Shown here: piece after piece, positions 1 through 13,131 of the stretch
Position numbering within the stretch: the first letter of the stretch is position 1
Layout: the number at the start of each line of letters is the position of its first letter
Source of the DNA: Octopus sinensis
Taxonomy: Eukaryota
Assembly (NCBI RefSeq): GCF_006345805.1
Contig: NC_043005.1
Coordinates: forward strand, 91,822,001 to 91,886,000
DNA length: 64,000 nucleotides
Direction of reading: 5' to 3'
Notes under the pieces: model-generated
What the model was told of the DNA's origin: nothing
The model's database searches: none
The model's input: only the letters and a program-made list of their open reading frames with translations
Translations under genes and position numbers: made by a program

Positions 1-828
1 GCTGTAATTAATAGTATTATTTTTCACAAATTGCAATTTTAAGGAAATGGTAAGGATAGGTTTGAATTTGTCTTCTGTTATGGGAACAAGGTTTTTTTAA
101 TATTTGTGTAAAGTCATATTCAACAAATTTGAGTCTACTTGGATGTGAGAAGACCATTCACTGCGAAGATAGCCACAGGTGAAAATTCTCTGCTGAAACA
201 TGTATGGAAACACAAAATGGTCTGTAAATGACATCAATGGATGTGTCCTTTCACTTTGTCAGCTGTGGAAATCAAATCTGTCATTCATTAAATGAAATTA
301 TTCTTATGAAAACAATTTATGGTATGTATACTAATGTGTGTAAAACTTGGTCAAGCTAGAATTGAATAATGTTACATAAAGCAGCATTGAATGAAATATA
401 TTTGTGCGGTCATATTTAACACATTCAACTGTACTTGGATATGAGAAACTTCAATGCACAACTGTAAATCATAACAAAGTCACACATCATCAACAGAAAT
501 AGCTATTTCCTGAAGTCTCACATATAGCAAAACAGATATAGTTATGTAAAAAGAGAAATGTCTAACTTGCTGTTTTCTGTGTGTAAAGGAGTGCTTCTAA
601 CTGGGTAAGACATTCCATTACTTGACTTATGGATTGTGAGTTCAAAATCTGTTGCAAGCATTTTATTGTGTTTCTAGGCAGAACACTATATTCCACATTA
701 CTTCAGTTTACTTAGATGTGGGGATAGGTTCTAAGATATCATCATTGGCCTTATTCACACCAAACTCTATAAGCCATCTCAGTATTTTAGCCAAACTCTA
801 ATTCTGTTTGTAACCTGCATGCAATGGC

Positions 829-849
829 TGGTGTGTGTGTATGTGTATG

Positions 850-881
<32 letters not shown>
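829..881. repeat. (TG)n microsatellite
   Basis: Direct read; explains the VC-rich ORF 819..1097. Confidence 0.95.
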
Positions 882-882
<1 letters not shown>

Positions 883-1242
883 CATGCATGCACAATAATA
901 TCTACCCCAGATTAAACACCCCTAACACAGAGTATGCATACCTCAATGAGTATTTTCCTTGGCAATTAGGGATTAAGCCTTTGTATTGTTTACTCCTATC
1001 TAAAGACATTGTTAAAATAAAAACAAAATACTTATTCAAAAGAAGAAGGGTAACATCCATGACCTTCTCTAAGATCTCCAAGACTGGTGAGAAGTAGTTA
1101 TTTTGAGATTGGAGACCTGGTGTGAAAATTTGCAGCAGAATATACTCTGGTAAAGGAGCTGAGGGGCTAGTTGGTGACATTTAATCAGGTGGTACATTAA
1201 GTTTATCACCCAAGGACAAAAATGATTCCTTCAGTGGATTTC

Positions 1243-1372
1243 CATTCAGTTTCCATCTATCAAATTTCACTCACTAGGCTTTGGTCAACCCCTAAGCTAT
1301 GATGGAAGACACTTGCCAAGGAATTGAACCTGAAACCGTAGTAAACTTCTTATCCACACAACTATGCTTAAA
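1243..1372 (-). mobile_element. CORE-type tRNA-SINE fragment (family B), degraded
   Basis: Similar to the 5' half of the intact copy at 63514-63908 (cagtttcc..ctac/tcaaat..cactcac..gaagacacttgcc). Confidence 0.65.
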
Positions 1373-3481
1373 GCAGGAAATAGTTATATTGCAGTAATTT
1401 TGTTAAAACTATTTTTCTTATCTTTTGTTAACCATTATAAAAAAGGTAGAAGTGCTACTTCAGTTGCACCCCACCTCCCAATACCTTGTACTTTTTTTAA
1501 TTAACCATAAGAAAATAAAAGTTGACCAAGGTGAGAACTTGAAAATTGGCTCTCTACTTTGTTACTAGTAAAAAACAATACTGCACTGCCAGCTTATTTC
1601 TATGTCATGTCAAATAATAAATATTTGAGTAATTGACTAATTCTGCTTTAAAATGAAATTTAGTTTACAAACTGAGACATATTCAGATTTGTCTATTTTA
1701 CATTATGTTCTGCAAACTTGGGCAAGTTATAACTGATTTGAAGCCAAAGACGTGAAGTGCTTCACAATGATATGCTGTGGAGTTAATAATACATGCTTTC
1801 TTCCAAGTTAGATACGCAGATATGATGAATAATCCACTGAGTTACTTTCATTGCTTTGTCATTTCACTTCATGATATTTATAGTTAATACAAGATATATT
1901 GTGCAGATAATTACCTGTAAGTTTTTATAAATGCACTTGTTTCATCTCTTTTTTATATAATGTTGACTTTTTAAATTCATGAATTAAAATGATTTCATGA
2001 CTTTTCGGGTATTTATAAGCTATTACTTATTCTCTACAGAAAGAGGGGAATATTCTTATTGACCAATTCTATTGCTTACAAATAATTTGTAAGCAGATGT
2101 CATACAAAGAAATACCTTTCTCTGCCTGTGCATCAACTTCAAAATTTTACTTAATTGCAAATTTTGTTTTTTTACTAATGGATAAAAAAAAAAAAAAACC
2201 TCCATTAATAATGAATGAACTAGTTAAGCTTTGCCTTTTAAAAATCACATGTTAAATTTGCAATGAATTTAATTAGGTCAGCTATTATGAAAAGAAGAAA
2301 AATCTCAAAAATCTCAAGTCTTGAATTGTGGAACTTTATCATTGAAATCACTGATGTCATCAAAGTTAATACTGTCATCAGCAGCAACAGTGATGCTGCT
2401 ATTTCTATGGTATCATGAGTTGGACAAGTTTGCAGTGTATCAGCGTCTTGATGAATTAGCAGTGTTATTTGAATGTTTGATGGAATGCTTTGTAGTATTT
2501 GTTTTGACTCACTGCACTCTGAGTTCAAATCCTACAGAGGTCAGCTTTTGCTTTTCATCCTTTCAAGATCAACAGAAGGTACCAATACAGGGCAGTGAAT
2601 TAATGGAACTATTAGTGAGTTGGGTAAGATGCCTTGTGGTATCTGACTTGGCTCTTTGTTTTCTGATAGCAACACTTACAACTATACTGTTGCTAAGCTG
2701 CATCTGTCCAAGTCAACAGCCTTTCTCTTGGATAAACATTGGTGGCATAGAGAGGGGGAAACCTGAATGCATGAGCAACAGCTAGACTTTTTTAAAAACT
2801 TTGCCTGGTCTTACACATGCATGGGTACATCATCTACCCTACCTACTAAAAAATAATGAACAGTTTATTGCAAATATTTATGGAAATAACGGATTAGTTG
2901 TGTTAATGTGAGAAACTTTACAATGTACTCTGTTTTTTGCCAGGTGTTGCATTTTTTTCTGAAGTTCAAATTTTATAGAGTTCACTGAAGCATGGTAATA
3001 GTTAATAAATTTCATTTTTACCTTTGATCTTATAAATGTTGAATACCAGCATATCTTTATCATTCTCTTCATTTATATACCCAGCTCCAAAGATTGGCAT
3101 TATTACCTGATTCCACCTGCCAACAAAATGGTTTCCATTCATCAGAAGCGATGCCCAACATGTCCATGTTTATGTATGTCCTTCATAAATGTATGAGTTG
3201 TAAATTTTGCATACATATATGAATCCTCCTCCTTGGTTTTTCCATGTTAGCTTGGGTTACATGAGAATTCTTGAGGCAGTATTCTTTGGCCTGATCCCCT
3301 TCTGATGCCAACCTTTGTTCTTCAAGTAAGGTGCTTTATTGCACTGGTCTTTGCATATCAAGGTCACAATGAGTAGGACACGAGGAAACACTACTACTGC
3401 TTAAGTGGTTTCAATGTAAAGACAAACACACACACACATGGAGACATAAACAAACCTACACTGGTTGTGAAGTCAAGTATT

Positions 3482-3568
<87 letters not shown>
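3482..3568. repeat. (GA)n(CA)n compound microsatellite
   Basis: Direct read. Confidence 0.95.
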
Positions 3569-3572
<4 letters not shown>

Positions 3573-3574
3573 GA

Positions 3575-3830
3575 GTTCCTGTCAACCAAATTCATTCACA
3601 AGTTATTGTTGGTGAGCTGAAAACACTCAGCCAATGTGTTGAGCACTGAGACTAAACCTGAAACCAAGTGATTGTGAAATGAGTTTCGTTACCACAATGC
3701 CTCCCATCCATATAACAGGCTTCCCTTTATCAAATTTCACTCACAAGGCACTTGTCAACATGAAATTATAGTAGTATCATGCAGTGTAATTGAACCCAAA
3801 ACCACGTGGTTTTGAAGGGAACTTCTTACA
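3575..3830 (-). mobile_element. Two tandem degraded family-B SINE fragments
   Basis: aaattcattcacaag/aaatttcactcacaagg and ttgaaccc/aaaccacgtggtt motifs are shared with the 63514-63908 copy. Confidence 0.6.
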
Positions 3831-4151
3831 CAGTCAAGCTAGTGCCTATGTAGAAGGAAAGTAACTGAATGCTTATAAGATTGAACTGCAGAATCATAGA
3901 TCTTGAGTTCAATTCCACTATGTTTCATGATGTTGTTTGGAAGAAGCGAACTTGTGATAGCTCTCTGTTCTATCCAGGAGTTGATACATTTCTTATTTAT
4001 TTAAAACTATAAAACCAAAACCAATCACTGGCTATTGAATTCCCTTTAGGGCTTAGGAGATCTTTAAACTTCATTGTTGTTTAGTCCCAGTTAACATGAT
4101 CAAACAAACCTGTAATGAAAGTCATTCCATCCATGACCATCTGTTCTCATT

Positions 4152-4180
4152 TTGTGTGTGTGTGAGTGTGTGTGTATGTA

Positions 4181-4237
<57 letters not shown>

Positions 4238-4260
4238 CTGTATCTATCTATCTATCTATC

Positions 4261-4303
<43 letters not shown>

Positions 4304-4343
4304 CTGTCTGTCTGTCTGTCTGTCTACCTACCTACCTATCAAC

Positions 4344-4390
<47 letters not shown>

Positions 4391-4392
4391 TC

Positions 4393-4427
<35 letters not shown>

Positions 4428-4471
4428 CTGTCTGTCTGTCTACCTACCTACCACCTACCTACCTACCTACC
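4152..4471. repeat. Compound (TG)/(TCTA)/(TCTG)/(CCTA)n microsatellite
   Basis: Direct read; source of the SIYL-repeat ORFs. Confidence 0.97.
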
Positions 4472-4535
4472 TCCCATAAAGAATGCAGTTTTTTTCAATT
4501 GCAATGAACCAAATGTTGGCTTTGGGTTAAACTAC

Positions 4536-4855
4536 ATGACATTCGAAAGGCTGGAGCAGTTTCAGTGGGAAACGATACCCCACTCACTATATTTGCTGGA
4601 CATTGCCCCATCTAATTATCATTTATTTCGCAGTCTTCAAAATCATTTGGACAGAAAAAATATTGCGCATGAGGTCAGAATAATACAGGAGGAGTATTTT
4701 TCATCACGGACAAGTGAATTTTGGAAGAGGGGCCTTGCAAGTCTACCAGAAAATGAAACAGAGTATATTTTCGATTAAAAAAGAACTTTGTTTATCTTAA
4801 TTTTGAAAAATAAAAGAAGTATAAAAAAAGATACATTATTTATGGGATGACCCAA
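4536..4855 (+). mobile_element. Mariner transposon 3' remnant (transposase C-terminus plus right TIR)
   Basis: Translation WETIPHSLYLLDIAPSNYHLFRSLQNHLD..EYFSSRTSEFWKRGLASLP..EYIFD* matches the mariner WEVLPHPPYSPDLAPSDYHLF pattern; the third catalytic D is changed to N. Ends cattatttatgggatgacccaa followed by TA. Confidence 0.9.
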
Positions 4856-5378
4856 TATATAAATGAATTATTAAGGTGGCTACTCGCAATTTAGCACTGA
4901 CTATTTACACGCACACACACACACACACACAGTTACATTATTCAATGTGTTCAATGTGTTCTTTCTCTTTCAAGGTAGTAGGGTTTTCTCAGGATTTCCT
5001 ACTTTTAGCAGTAGAATTCACATGCACTAGCAGGTGTAGATGTCTTGAAAAAAAAGCTAAAACATAAATTACCATTATTTGCCATCAGCTCTAATAGCTG
5101 CATACATTAGAATTCAGCTACAATCACTACCACCACCACCACCACCACCACCACCATATTAACACAATATTCCTTAAGGGCATTTTGATATTTTTTCACA
5201 GATTATTTTCCTACTATGAATACTGCATATGCTCACACTTACCACATTCAAGAACATTCTCTATTCTGCTTTAATCTTAGCTAAGAATTCCTTTCTTAGT
5301 CTTCTTTCCAACTACACATTTCTGTTTAATTTCTTCCATTATGATTTCCCAAACATTCATACCTTTTGTGTGACTTAC

Positions 5379-5412
5379 CTTTGAAGTTGTATGCAGTAAA
5401 CCTCCCCGTCTC
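5379..5412 (-). CDS. Candidate 34-nt exon (GDGEVYCIQLQ in phase 1)
   Basis: gtttattgtag|...AAAG|gtaagt: strong donor, moderate acceptor; phase-compatible with 11493-11563. No homology recognised. Confidence 0.25.
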
Positions 5413-5681
5413 CTACAATAAACCTGATCTAGAATTTGCTGTAGGATTTCTCACATGGTTATAAAACCACACATTTTTTTAGAAAATGATTTAGTCAATT
5501 TAATAACTTCCCACCACCAGTGTAGGCATTATTTTATTGATCTTGATTGACATAGAAGCAAAGATAGAGTTGGCCATGGATGGATTTGAATGAAAAATAC
5601 TGTAAGTTGTTTTAGTGCAAGGTTACACAATTTCTGTCATTCTAGTGCTTCATTTAACTAAGGAAAAATATATTTACATTA

Positions 5682-6095
5682 GAAATATTAAATTTCTAAA
5701 TATCTCAGAGAGGTATAAGCAGTGGTGGAACGATAGAGCAGTTGTATATGTCTCTCTGCTTATATCTCTCTGAGATATTTAGAAACTTAATATTTCTAAT
5801 TTTGGCGATCAGTGAATAAACTTCACTGAAAATATATATATATGTTTACAAAGCCTAGACAGGTATCTTCAGCTAGCAGGCCATGCTACTCCAGACTGAT
5901 GACGAGCAAGACTCAGAAACATGTCTCTGGATGCAGGCCTAGCTTTTGGGGGTGCTTGTCTCCCCCTTGTAAACATAAGGACACAGGAAATGTGTCAAGG
6001 CCGACAGGAACCGTTGATACTTCCTAGGGCTAAATAGCAGTGGTGTGATTCCCTTTATGGGACTGTCACGTTAAGTTGACAGTATACAGCTGCTC
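5682..6095 (+). mobile_element. 414-bp non-coding hammerhead-bearing retroelement (retrozyme/Penelope-like) with 13-bp TSD
   Basis: TATATTTACATTA at 5669-5681 and 6096-6108 flanks a multi-hairpin segment that contains a hammerhead core. Confidence 0.7.
5890..5931 (+). ncRNA. Minimal type-I hammerhead ribozyme motif
   Basis: TCCAGA-CTGATGA-C-GAG(caaga)CTC-A-GAA-ACATGT-C-TCTGGA: perfect 6-bp helix I, core, short helix II, palindromic helix III, GUC cleavage triplet (after 5925). Confidence 0.75.
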
Positions 6096-6240
6096 TATAT
6101 TTACATTATTTTGGACCAATGCAATAAGGGGAACCCTATTAATTACAGAGCCCCCTAATCCCATCAATAATGCTTCGTTATTACTTCTTCATCATTTTCA
6201 TCATTTTATTGTGAAACAAGAGCCACAAACCATTAATAAT

Positions 6241-6438
6241 CTTTTCTACTCTAGGCACAAGGCCTGACGTTTTGGGGGAGGGGACCAGTCAATTAAATTG
6301 ACCCCAGTACGCAACTGGTACTTAATTTATCGACACCGAAAGGTTGAAAGGCAAAGTCAACCTTGGCGGAATTTGAACCCAGAATGTAAAGACAGATGGA
6401 ATACCGCTAAGCATTTCGCCTGGTGTGCTAACGTTTCT
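6241..6438 (-). mobile_element. tRNA-SINE family A, 5'-truncated, 21-bp TSD
   Basis: GAGCCACAAACCATTAATAAT at 6220-6240 and 6439-6459; GAGTTCAAATTC-type B box on the minus strand. Confidence 0.9.
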
Positions 6439-7440
6439 GAGCCACAAACCATTAATAATATTTCTTCCCTAGAACTACACCAAATGGAATAATGGTTTTT
6501 TTCGTCACCCTCTGATTCCTGAGTGATGAGTAAAAAATATTGACTCATTGAAATTCAAACAATTTTTGTTGCTGTTGTTGTTGTTTGCTGATTATCTGTC
6601 TCACTCAATTTTAGAAGTTTCTTGATCTATTATCCATAATTACTCTGCATAATAGATTAATTGCTCGGAGCTTTTGCTGACATGGCCATCGAATTTCCAT
6701 GTTCTCTTGCCATTTCTTCTAGTTAGTTATACTTGAGCACTGTCATCTTAAAGTACTTTCATAAGAATTTCAGAGAATGTTTTCTGTTTCTTTGTCACTT
6801 TTGTTGAACTCAAAAGCAGTCAGGGGATATTTTCTATAATGTTCTCTATCACTTCGATCATTATTACTATACAGACACCAATTTCAGCTATGATTTCAAT
6901 TGAGTCAGAGAAGATCAATTTTATACAATCAGTGAACCAGTCAGTTGATAATAGTAGCCAAATTCTTCCCTAAAGAAATATCTTAAGTCTTATATTGTAG
7001 AACAATAAACACAATACTAAAGGCATTTTAAACATAGATATAAATCTCATAAGTATAAAGTTCCTATTTAAATCAATTGTTGGATAAAGATTTTCTAAAT
7101 GTTCAATATACAGCTGTACCTGACTAGAGACAGACCATCAATAGCAATAACAAAAACCATAATAAAACCACTAAAGATTTTATAACACCCAGGATTACTC
7201 TTGGTGAAGGATTCAAGGAATATCATTTACCACTGATTATGGATTCTTACTGCTGGGGACTCCTGATTTAAAAAAAATATTTACTATTAATTCCTCCTAT
7301 TAATACAAGAATGTCAGGGAACAATATAGTGATTGAATGAAACCCAGTTTATGACTAGTACTGGTGAAATGAGAGGTAAAGTTGGATTTGGTATGGTTTG
7401 AACTTCAAATATAAATGGTGTGATACTTAGTACTTCAAGA

Positions 7441-7691
7441 CAGTAGTTCTGAAACTCATTTTGTCACAGAACTCTTATATGATTTTCCAGTATTGTGGAA
7501 CATATGCTTATATTTTCTGATTACCCACCCCTAATGTTAATGAAACAAAAATAGTTTCTGAGAGTTTTGAAATAATGGATACCATTTTTTTCCCATAAAA
7601 TGAATTTTTATTAAAAGAATCCTTTTTTATAGAACCCTAAAATTTTTCACAAAGCTGTGGGGTTCCTTGGAATTTACTTTGCAAAATACTG
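7441..7691. mobile_element. hAT/Charlie-like MITE, degraded
   Basis: Termini CAGTAGTTCTGAAA / reverse complement CAGTATTTTGCAAA resemble the MITE at 60220; TSD is poorly preserved. Confidence 0.5.
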
Positions 7692-8559
7692 CACTTAGAC
7701 ATTTAGGCTACAGTTTTAAAAAAATTTCTTTTAGAAATAACTACATGGAATTTTCCTGATATCTTTGCAGAATCTGCATGCTAGCCACAACTGGACTGCC
7801 ACTAAACATATACTTGATCAGGACTGACCTTGGGCTAAATGATATAATAGCAATACCATTATCATATTGCTTTATTAGTGCTTAAGCCATCATCATTCCC
7901 TGCTTTAGTTATGGATATGCTCACTCCACCAAATTTGGGGCCAAAACATGTTTCCCAACATAAAAAAAAAGTTGTTTGAAAGCAAACTGGATGGAATATC
8001 TCTAGAACAAACCAGACTGATCTCCTCTGGCAAACTGCATCTTTTCTCTTCTTCACATTTCCTCTTCATATGCTATGATTATCTCATACTCCCCAACCCC
8101 GTCCTCACTGCCCTGTTCACTGTATCATTGCTATCTCCACCCCCCTCTGTATACCCAGGTTCTTACTAGTCACTGAATTCCCCACCCCCTACTCGCACCT
8201 TTCTTGACAATACCCTGCTGCATATATTATGACCTCCACACCTTGAGGGTATGACCTGGCACTTCCTTACTCTATCATGCCATCTATGTTCTGATCCCCA
8301 TTCCTTGTGAGTATACCCTGACACTTTGCCACCATCTCTCTCCTACTCTCTCTTGCACTCTTACTGTCTCCCACTCTCTCTCTTTCTCTCTCCCTCTCTC
8401 TCTTTCCCTTGCTCTCCCTTCTGGCTGGGTAACCATGTATCCCCTCTACAGCACCTCACCTGTTTCTACCCTCATTCTTGATCACTCTCCCCATTCCCCC
8501 TTTACAACAGCACACCTGTTTCTGTCTCTCTGTCACACTAACCTTTCATCATGTGACAC

Positions 8560-9049
8560 AACATCCCCTCCTCCAATGCCCTCCTCTCCTCTCAAAGGTT
8601 CTTTGTCTTGCAAGTTACTTGGTGTCTCTGCTGGTGTTGGTGCCATTTAAAAGCATCCAGACCACACTGTAAAGTGGTTGGCATTTGGAAGGGCATCCAG
8701 CAGTAAAAACCAAGCCAAAATTGACCTCACCTGTGCTGGTGCCAGATAAAAAGCACTGTCCATCTGCAGGGTGGTTGGTGTTAGGATCACATGACTTGGA
8801 TTCCTACAACATTAGAATGAAGCTGGATAACTGAAACTGTAAAAGTATTTTCCCCATGTAAAAACCACCCACTACACTCTCGGAGTGGTTGGTGTTAGGA
8901 AGGGCATCCAACTGTAGAAACTCTGCCAGATCAGATTGGAGTCTGGTGCAGCTATCTGGTTCACCAGACCTCAGTCAAATCGTCTAAACCATGCTAGCAT
9001 GGAAAGCGGACGTAAACAATGATGATGGTGATGATGATGATGATGATGA
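8560..9049 (+). mobile_element. RTE-type LINE 3' UTR/tail fragments (two overlapping copies)
   Basis: ggaagggcatcca..catgctagcatggaaagcggacgt plus (ATG)n tail, shared with the RTE copy at 20985-21790. Confidence 0.75.
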
Positions 9050-9929
9050 GTTAAGAATTTTTGAAGATACATGGTAAACTGTAAATTGTAGAAATTAGAA
9101 CTTCCTTAATGTTATCTTTTAATATAAGCATATATGTTTAATTCACTCATGCTGAGTGCTAGTCAAGTTAAAAAAATATGTAGGTTCTTATAATAGTAAT
9201 TTTAACCCTTTGAACATGAAACCTATAGACAAAGCCATTATTATGAGGGACCAAAAAAGATAAGGGTGTTATTATTTTCTGAAAAAGAAAAAGAATATCT
9301 GAATCTCAGCATAAAGAGAAAGGCTCTTCTTGTTAGCCTGGTTGTCTTCTAAGGCATTTTTCTTTGGTTATTTTTAAAAAACAAAATTCCTAGCATTTAA
9401 TTTTAAAATACCAATTAACGTTGAAAGATTATTATTATTATTTCTTAAGTGGTGGATGTCAGAATCATTTAAGCATTAAACGAATGGTATTTGTTCTGGT
9501 TCTTTGCATTTTGAGTTCAAATCCTGCTGAGGTCAACTTTGCCTTTCATCTTTCTGGAATCAGTAAAATTAGTAGCAATCAGGTACTGGGGTTAGAATAC
9601 AATATAATCAACCCAAACATTTTCTAACTGTGTGCCTACGCAACAAATCATCATCATCATCATCATCATTATTACTGTTTTTAATTTAGAAAGCCTTATT
9701 GTTATAACTATTACTATTGAACTGCTGCTGCATTTCATGGGGGGTAAAAAACACATCTATTAATATTCTTCTTCAGGAATTGAATAAAAAAGAATATGTC
9801 AACAAATAAATCTATGGATTGGTTATTTAAGAAGAATGTTTCCAAGTGCTATCAAAGCACAAGAAAATCTTTTATTCAATGAATTCCTCCAAGATATGTA
9901 GCAATAGTGATAGTTTCAAAGAGATAGAT

Positions 9930-9967
<38 letters not shown>

Positions 9968-10884
9968 AGAGAGCTCTTATCAATTGATTTATGATTTTTG
10001 CAATATCTGTTTTATTTTATTTTTCTTATGAGATTTGATGAATCTGTAAGGTAAAAAATAAAAGTAAGAATACAGGAGAATCTGTGCAGTTAACTCTGTT
10101 GGATATTTTGTCCTGGTATATTTATTTGTTTCATTACTAAGGGGAAAAATGTTTTGTTTTTGAACTTGCAAATTAATCTAGATCTACCTCTTCTGATCCA
10201 GATCTCTTCATTTATTTTATAATCTTGGTCATATAAATGTGTAGGAAATGTAAGAAAAATCGTATCATTAAATGAACCTCTGAATCTTGCTGAGCATTTA
10301 TATTTTGTGTATTGCATTTCTTTTGAGTTGCTTCTGATGGGAAAAAGATGAGGTTTGTAGCCCTGGAAACACCCTGTTTTGAAAGACAGGAATTAAATTT
10401 ATCTCTTTCTTAATCGGATGTTGAAAAATCAGTAGAATTATATTAGGCAAAATAAAATGAAATTAGCTGGAAATAGAAGTCAAGAAAGTTATGTAACTAA
10501 AGTAATTATAACAGTAATGATTTCTAATTTCAGCAAATGATCATAGACATTCAGGGAATAAGTGTTATCGATTAAATCACCAAGTACATTATTGGTACAT
10601 ACTTTATCAATCATGGAAAGATGAAAGGAAAAATCAACCCCTGGAGATTTAAGCTTGGAATACAAAGAACCTAAAGGGATTTAAACATATACTACAAACC
10701 ATTAATGGCACTCTACATCACTCTAACTAAAATAATATCAATACAAGTACTATACTTAGTTGGACAAGAGACCCAATATTTTTGTACTTTTAAGCAAACT
10801 ACATTTTAGTTGGTATATTTTTTTGGCCAATTTCAGGTGTCATTATTTTTGAATACATTTATTTATTTCAGTTGAGATTCTAAA

Positions 10885-11215
10885 TGGGGATTCTATGGGA
10901 ACAGTATGTACAATGTCACACAAGTGTTTCAACACCATTTCCCTGCTAAGGTTGGGACAAGTCTTGCAGGACCGTCTGATGTTATTCCCCATTTTGCCCT
11001 ATCCCCTATTTCCTTTCTCACATACCCATTTACTCTCATTTCTTCTCCCATCATCTTTTGCCATGTCTCTTTTAGTGTCTTCTTCCTTTATTTTCTTCTG
11101 CATTCATTTCTATCATTTCTCTCACCCCATCATTTTTGTCCTTCAGCACATGATTCAGCAATCTCATCTTGTTTCTCTTCACAATACGCATAATGGGCTC
11201 AGTTTTCATCATTCT
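10885..11215 (-). mobile_element. Decayed RTE-clade LINE ORF C-terminus
   Basis: Minus-strand EPIMRIVKRNKMRLLNHVLKDKNDGVREMIEMNAEENKGRR resembles the RTE RLRWFGHV..VEG.R.RGRP motif. Confidence 0.55.
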
Positions 11216-11492
11216 CAGCAATTATTGTACAATATTTATTTTATTTAACCTCTGAAAGATAAATTAATGCCTGACAGAATTTGAACTCTGAACAAGACAT
11301 GTAACTAAATAAGGCAAAGTATTCAGTTTGACATTGTACACATTTTGTAAACAAGAAATCCCCAGCTAATCAAAATTATTCTTGTAGCCATATATTTCAG
11401 AAAGACAGACTTGTAATTAATGATATCTTCCATATTTGTTGATTTAGTTATTTGGCAGAATGATCAGTGATAATGAATTCATTTCTCTTTAC

Positions 11493-11563
11493 CTATCTTG
11501 ATTGTGACCTGTCTGATCTCACGTAGACACACAGCAAGATCAGATTTTAAAACCAATTTCTGC
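11493..11563 (-). CDS. Candidate 71-nt exon (QKLVLKSDLAVCLREIRQVTIKI)
   Basis: caattttcatatgcag|G...ATAG|gtaaag; single open frame; an alternative acceptor lies 4 nt downstream. No homology recognised. Confidence 0.3.
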
Positions 11564-13079
11564 CTGCATATGAAAATTGTTTGAATGATTAATCTTTAAA
11601 GTTTTACACTCCAAGAAAAATTTCTAGAACTATATTTGAACAAACTTGATATAAAATTTATCCAAAACATACCATTCTGGACATCTGAGAGTAATAAAGC
11701 AAATATTGGGAAAATATAAAATATGCTTCATTTCTTGGTGACCACTCATCTTAGATTTCTAAGTAGACAACTATAAAAACTAATCACACACCACACACAT
11801 ATATTTAAATAATGTCTATCTTAAGTACACCTTCATGTCTACATTAGAATATAATTTGTTTACTGTATCAAATTTGATGAATTACTAGTCTGAGTTATAA
11901 TCCTGTCGAAGGTAACTTTTCCTTTTACCTCTTTACGGTAGTATAATAAATCCCTTTAAAACACTGATGCTGATTCCAATAGTTCCATCTTATTTTCCCT
12001 TTTAAAAAGTTATTATTTCTAGCTTTGTTGTTCAGATCTCAACATTGGCATCAAGTTGTGTGCTTGGACAAGGTACATAAATTTACTTTCCCCAAAACAA
12101 TGATTTAATAGCCTCTTCCAGGTTTCAAATTCAGTCAACTGACATTTATACATACAGGCATAGCTGTGCAGTTGAGAAGTTTCTCAACCAATATGGTTTT
12201 AGGTTCAGCCCCACTTTGTGACACTCTGGGCAGTTGATTTTTTAAATATAGTTGAACAGCACCTTGCAAGGGAATTGGGTAAATGGAAAATAAAAGAAAC
12301 TTGTCATATATGTATACGTATGTGTGTGTGTAAAGGTTTACAAAACTATGCTGAATTATGACTACAAACAGTGATGTCACCATTTGCAGCTCAGCTGCAA
12401 TCATTGATGTCTTTTGACATTTTTCTCTCAACAAATCATCTGCTAGTTTTGTGCTTTTGAGTAAAATTCCTTTGCTTGAAGAACATGTAATAGTTGGCGA
12501 CAAGAAGAATGTCCAGCCATAAAAAGCACACTACAATTTCCTCCTGCCTAAGCCATACTAGCATGCTAAACTAAATGAATGAGTGAATAAATAATATGCA
12601 AATGACCTTGAAAGGTTAAAAGAAGACATTACTAATTTATGCCAATAAAATATAATTAACTCTTCGACAAATCTTTGGAAACTACTTAATTTTTTTTTCA
12701 AATGATCACATTAAGTTTATTGACCCCCCCTCCAAGTTTAGTTTTATATATTTTCTCCCCAATATCTAAAAGATGCACAAGTTGAATAGGTTTATTATAT
12801 CATCTCTGTTCTAGTTCTTAGTTGTTAAATGATATGACTTAGAATCATAGAATCAACTAAGGACAATAATAGTGATGAAAGTTGATGCTGTGAACCCATT
12901 ATTTCACTGTGAATATGGAAAAAACAGATGTAGAAATATGATGGCAATAATTGTGACAGTGATTGATGTACACCGGAGCCCAAATTTAAATTGATTCTTG
13001 AAAATTTCTGAATACCACTGCATGATTTATGTAGTTTGAAATTTTTTTGATAGTTTGTATGTTTTTAGTATTGTTGCAG

Positions 13080-13131
13080 ATTTTCATGTCAGCCATGTTG
13101 GTCATAGATTTTGGCATATTTCTGGTCTAAT
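13080..13131 (+). CDS. Candidate 52-nt exon (xFHVSHVGHRFWHISGL)
   Basis: gtttttagtattgttgcag|...CTAAT|gtatga. Confidence 0.2.

Noticed and set aside
902-1180. Minus ORF MSPTSPSAPLPEY..LEILEKVMD
   Set aside because: No splice context and only a vague resemblance to a LINE RT motif; not supportable.
44-2088. + strand micro/short exon candidates (44-49, 114-178, 1884-1916, 2040-2088)
   Set aside because: Phases are not mutually compatible, and such pairs are expected by chance.
2321-2785. 154-aa ORF
   Set aside because: Runs through a SINE fragment (about 2505-2590) and probable LINE debris; no recognisable domain.
13080-13103. HVSHVG resembling a CRIB motif
   Set aside because: Lacks the F-x-H spacing and the upstream ISxP and downstream residues.
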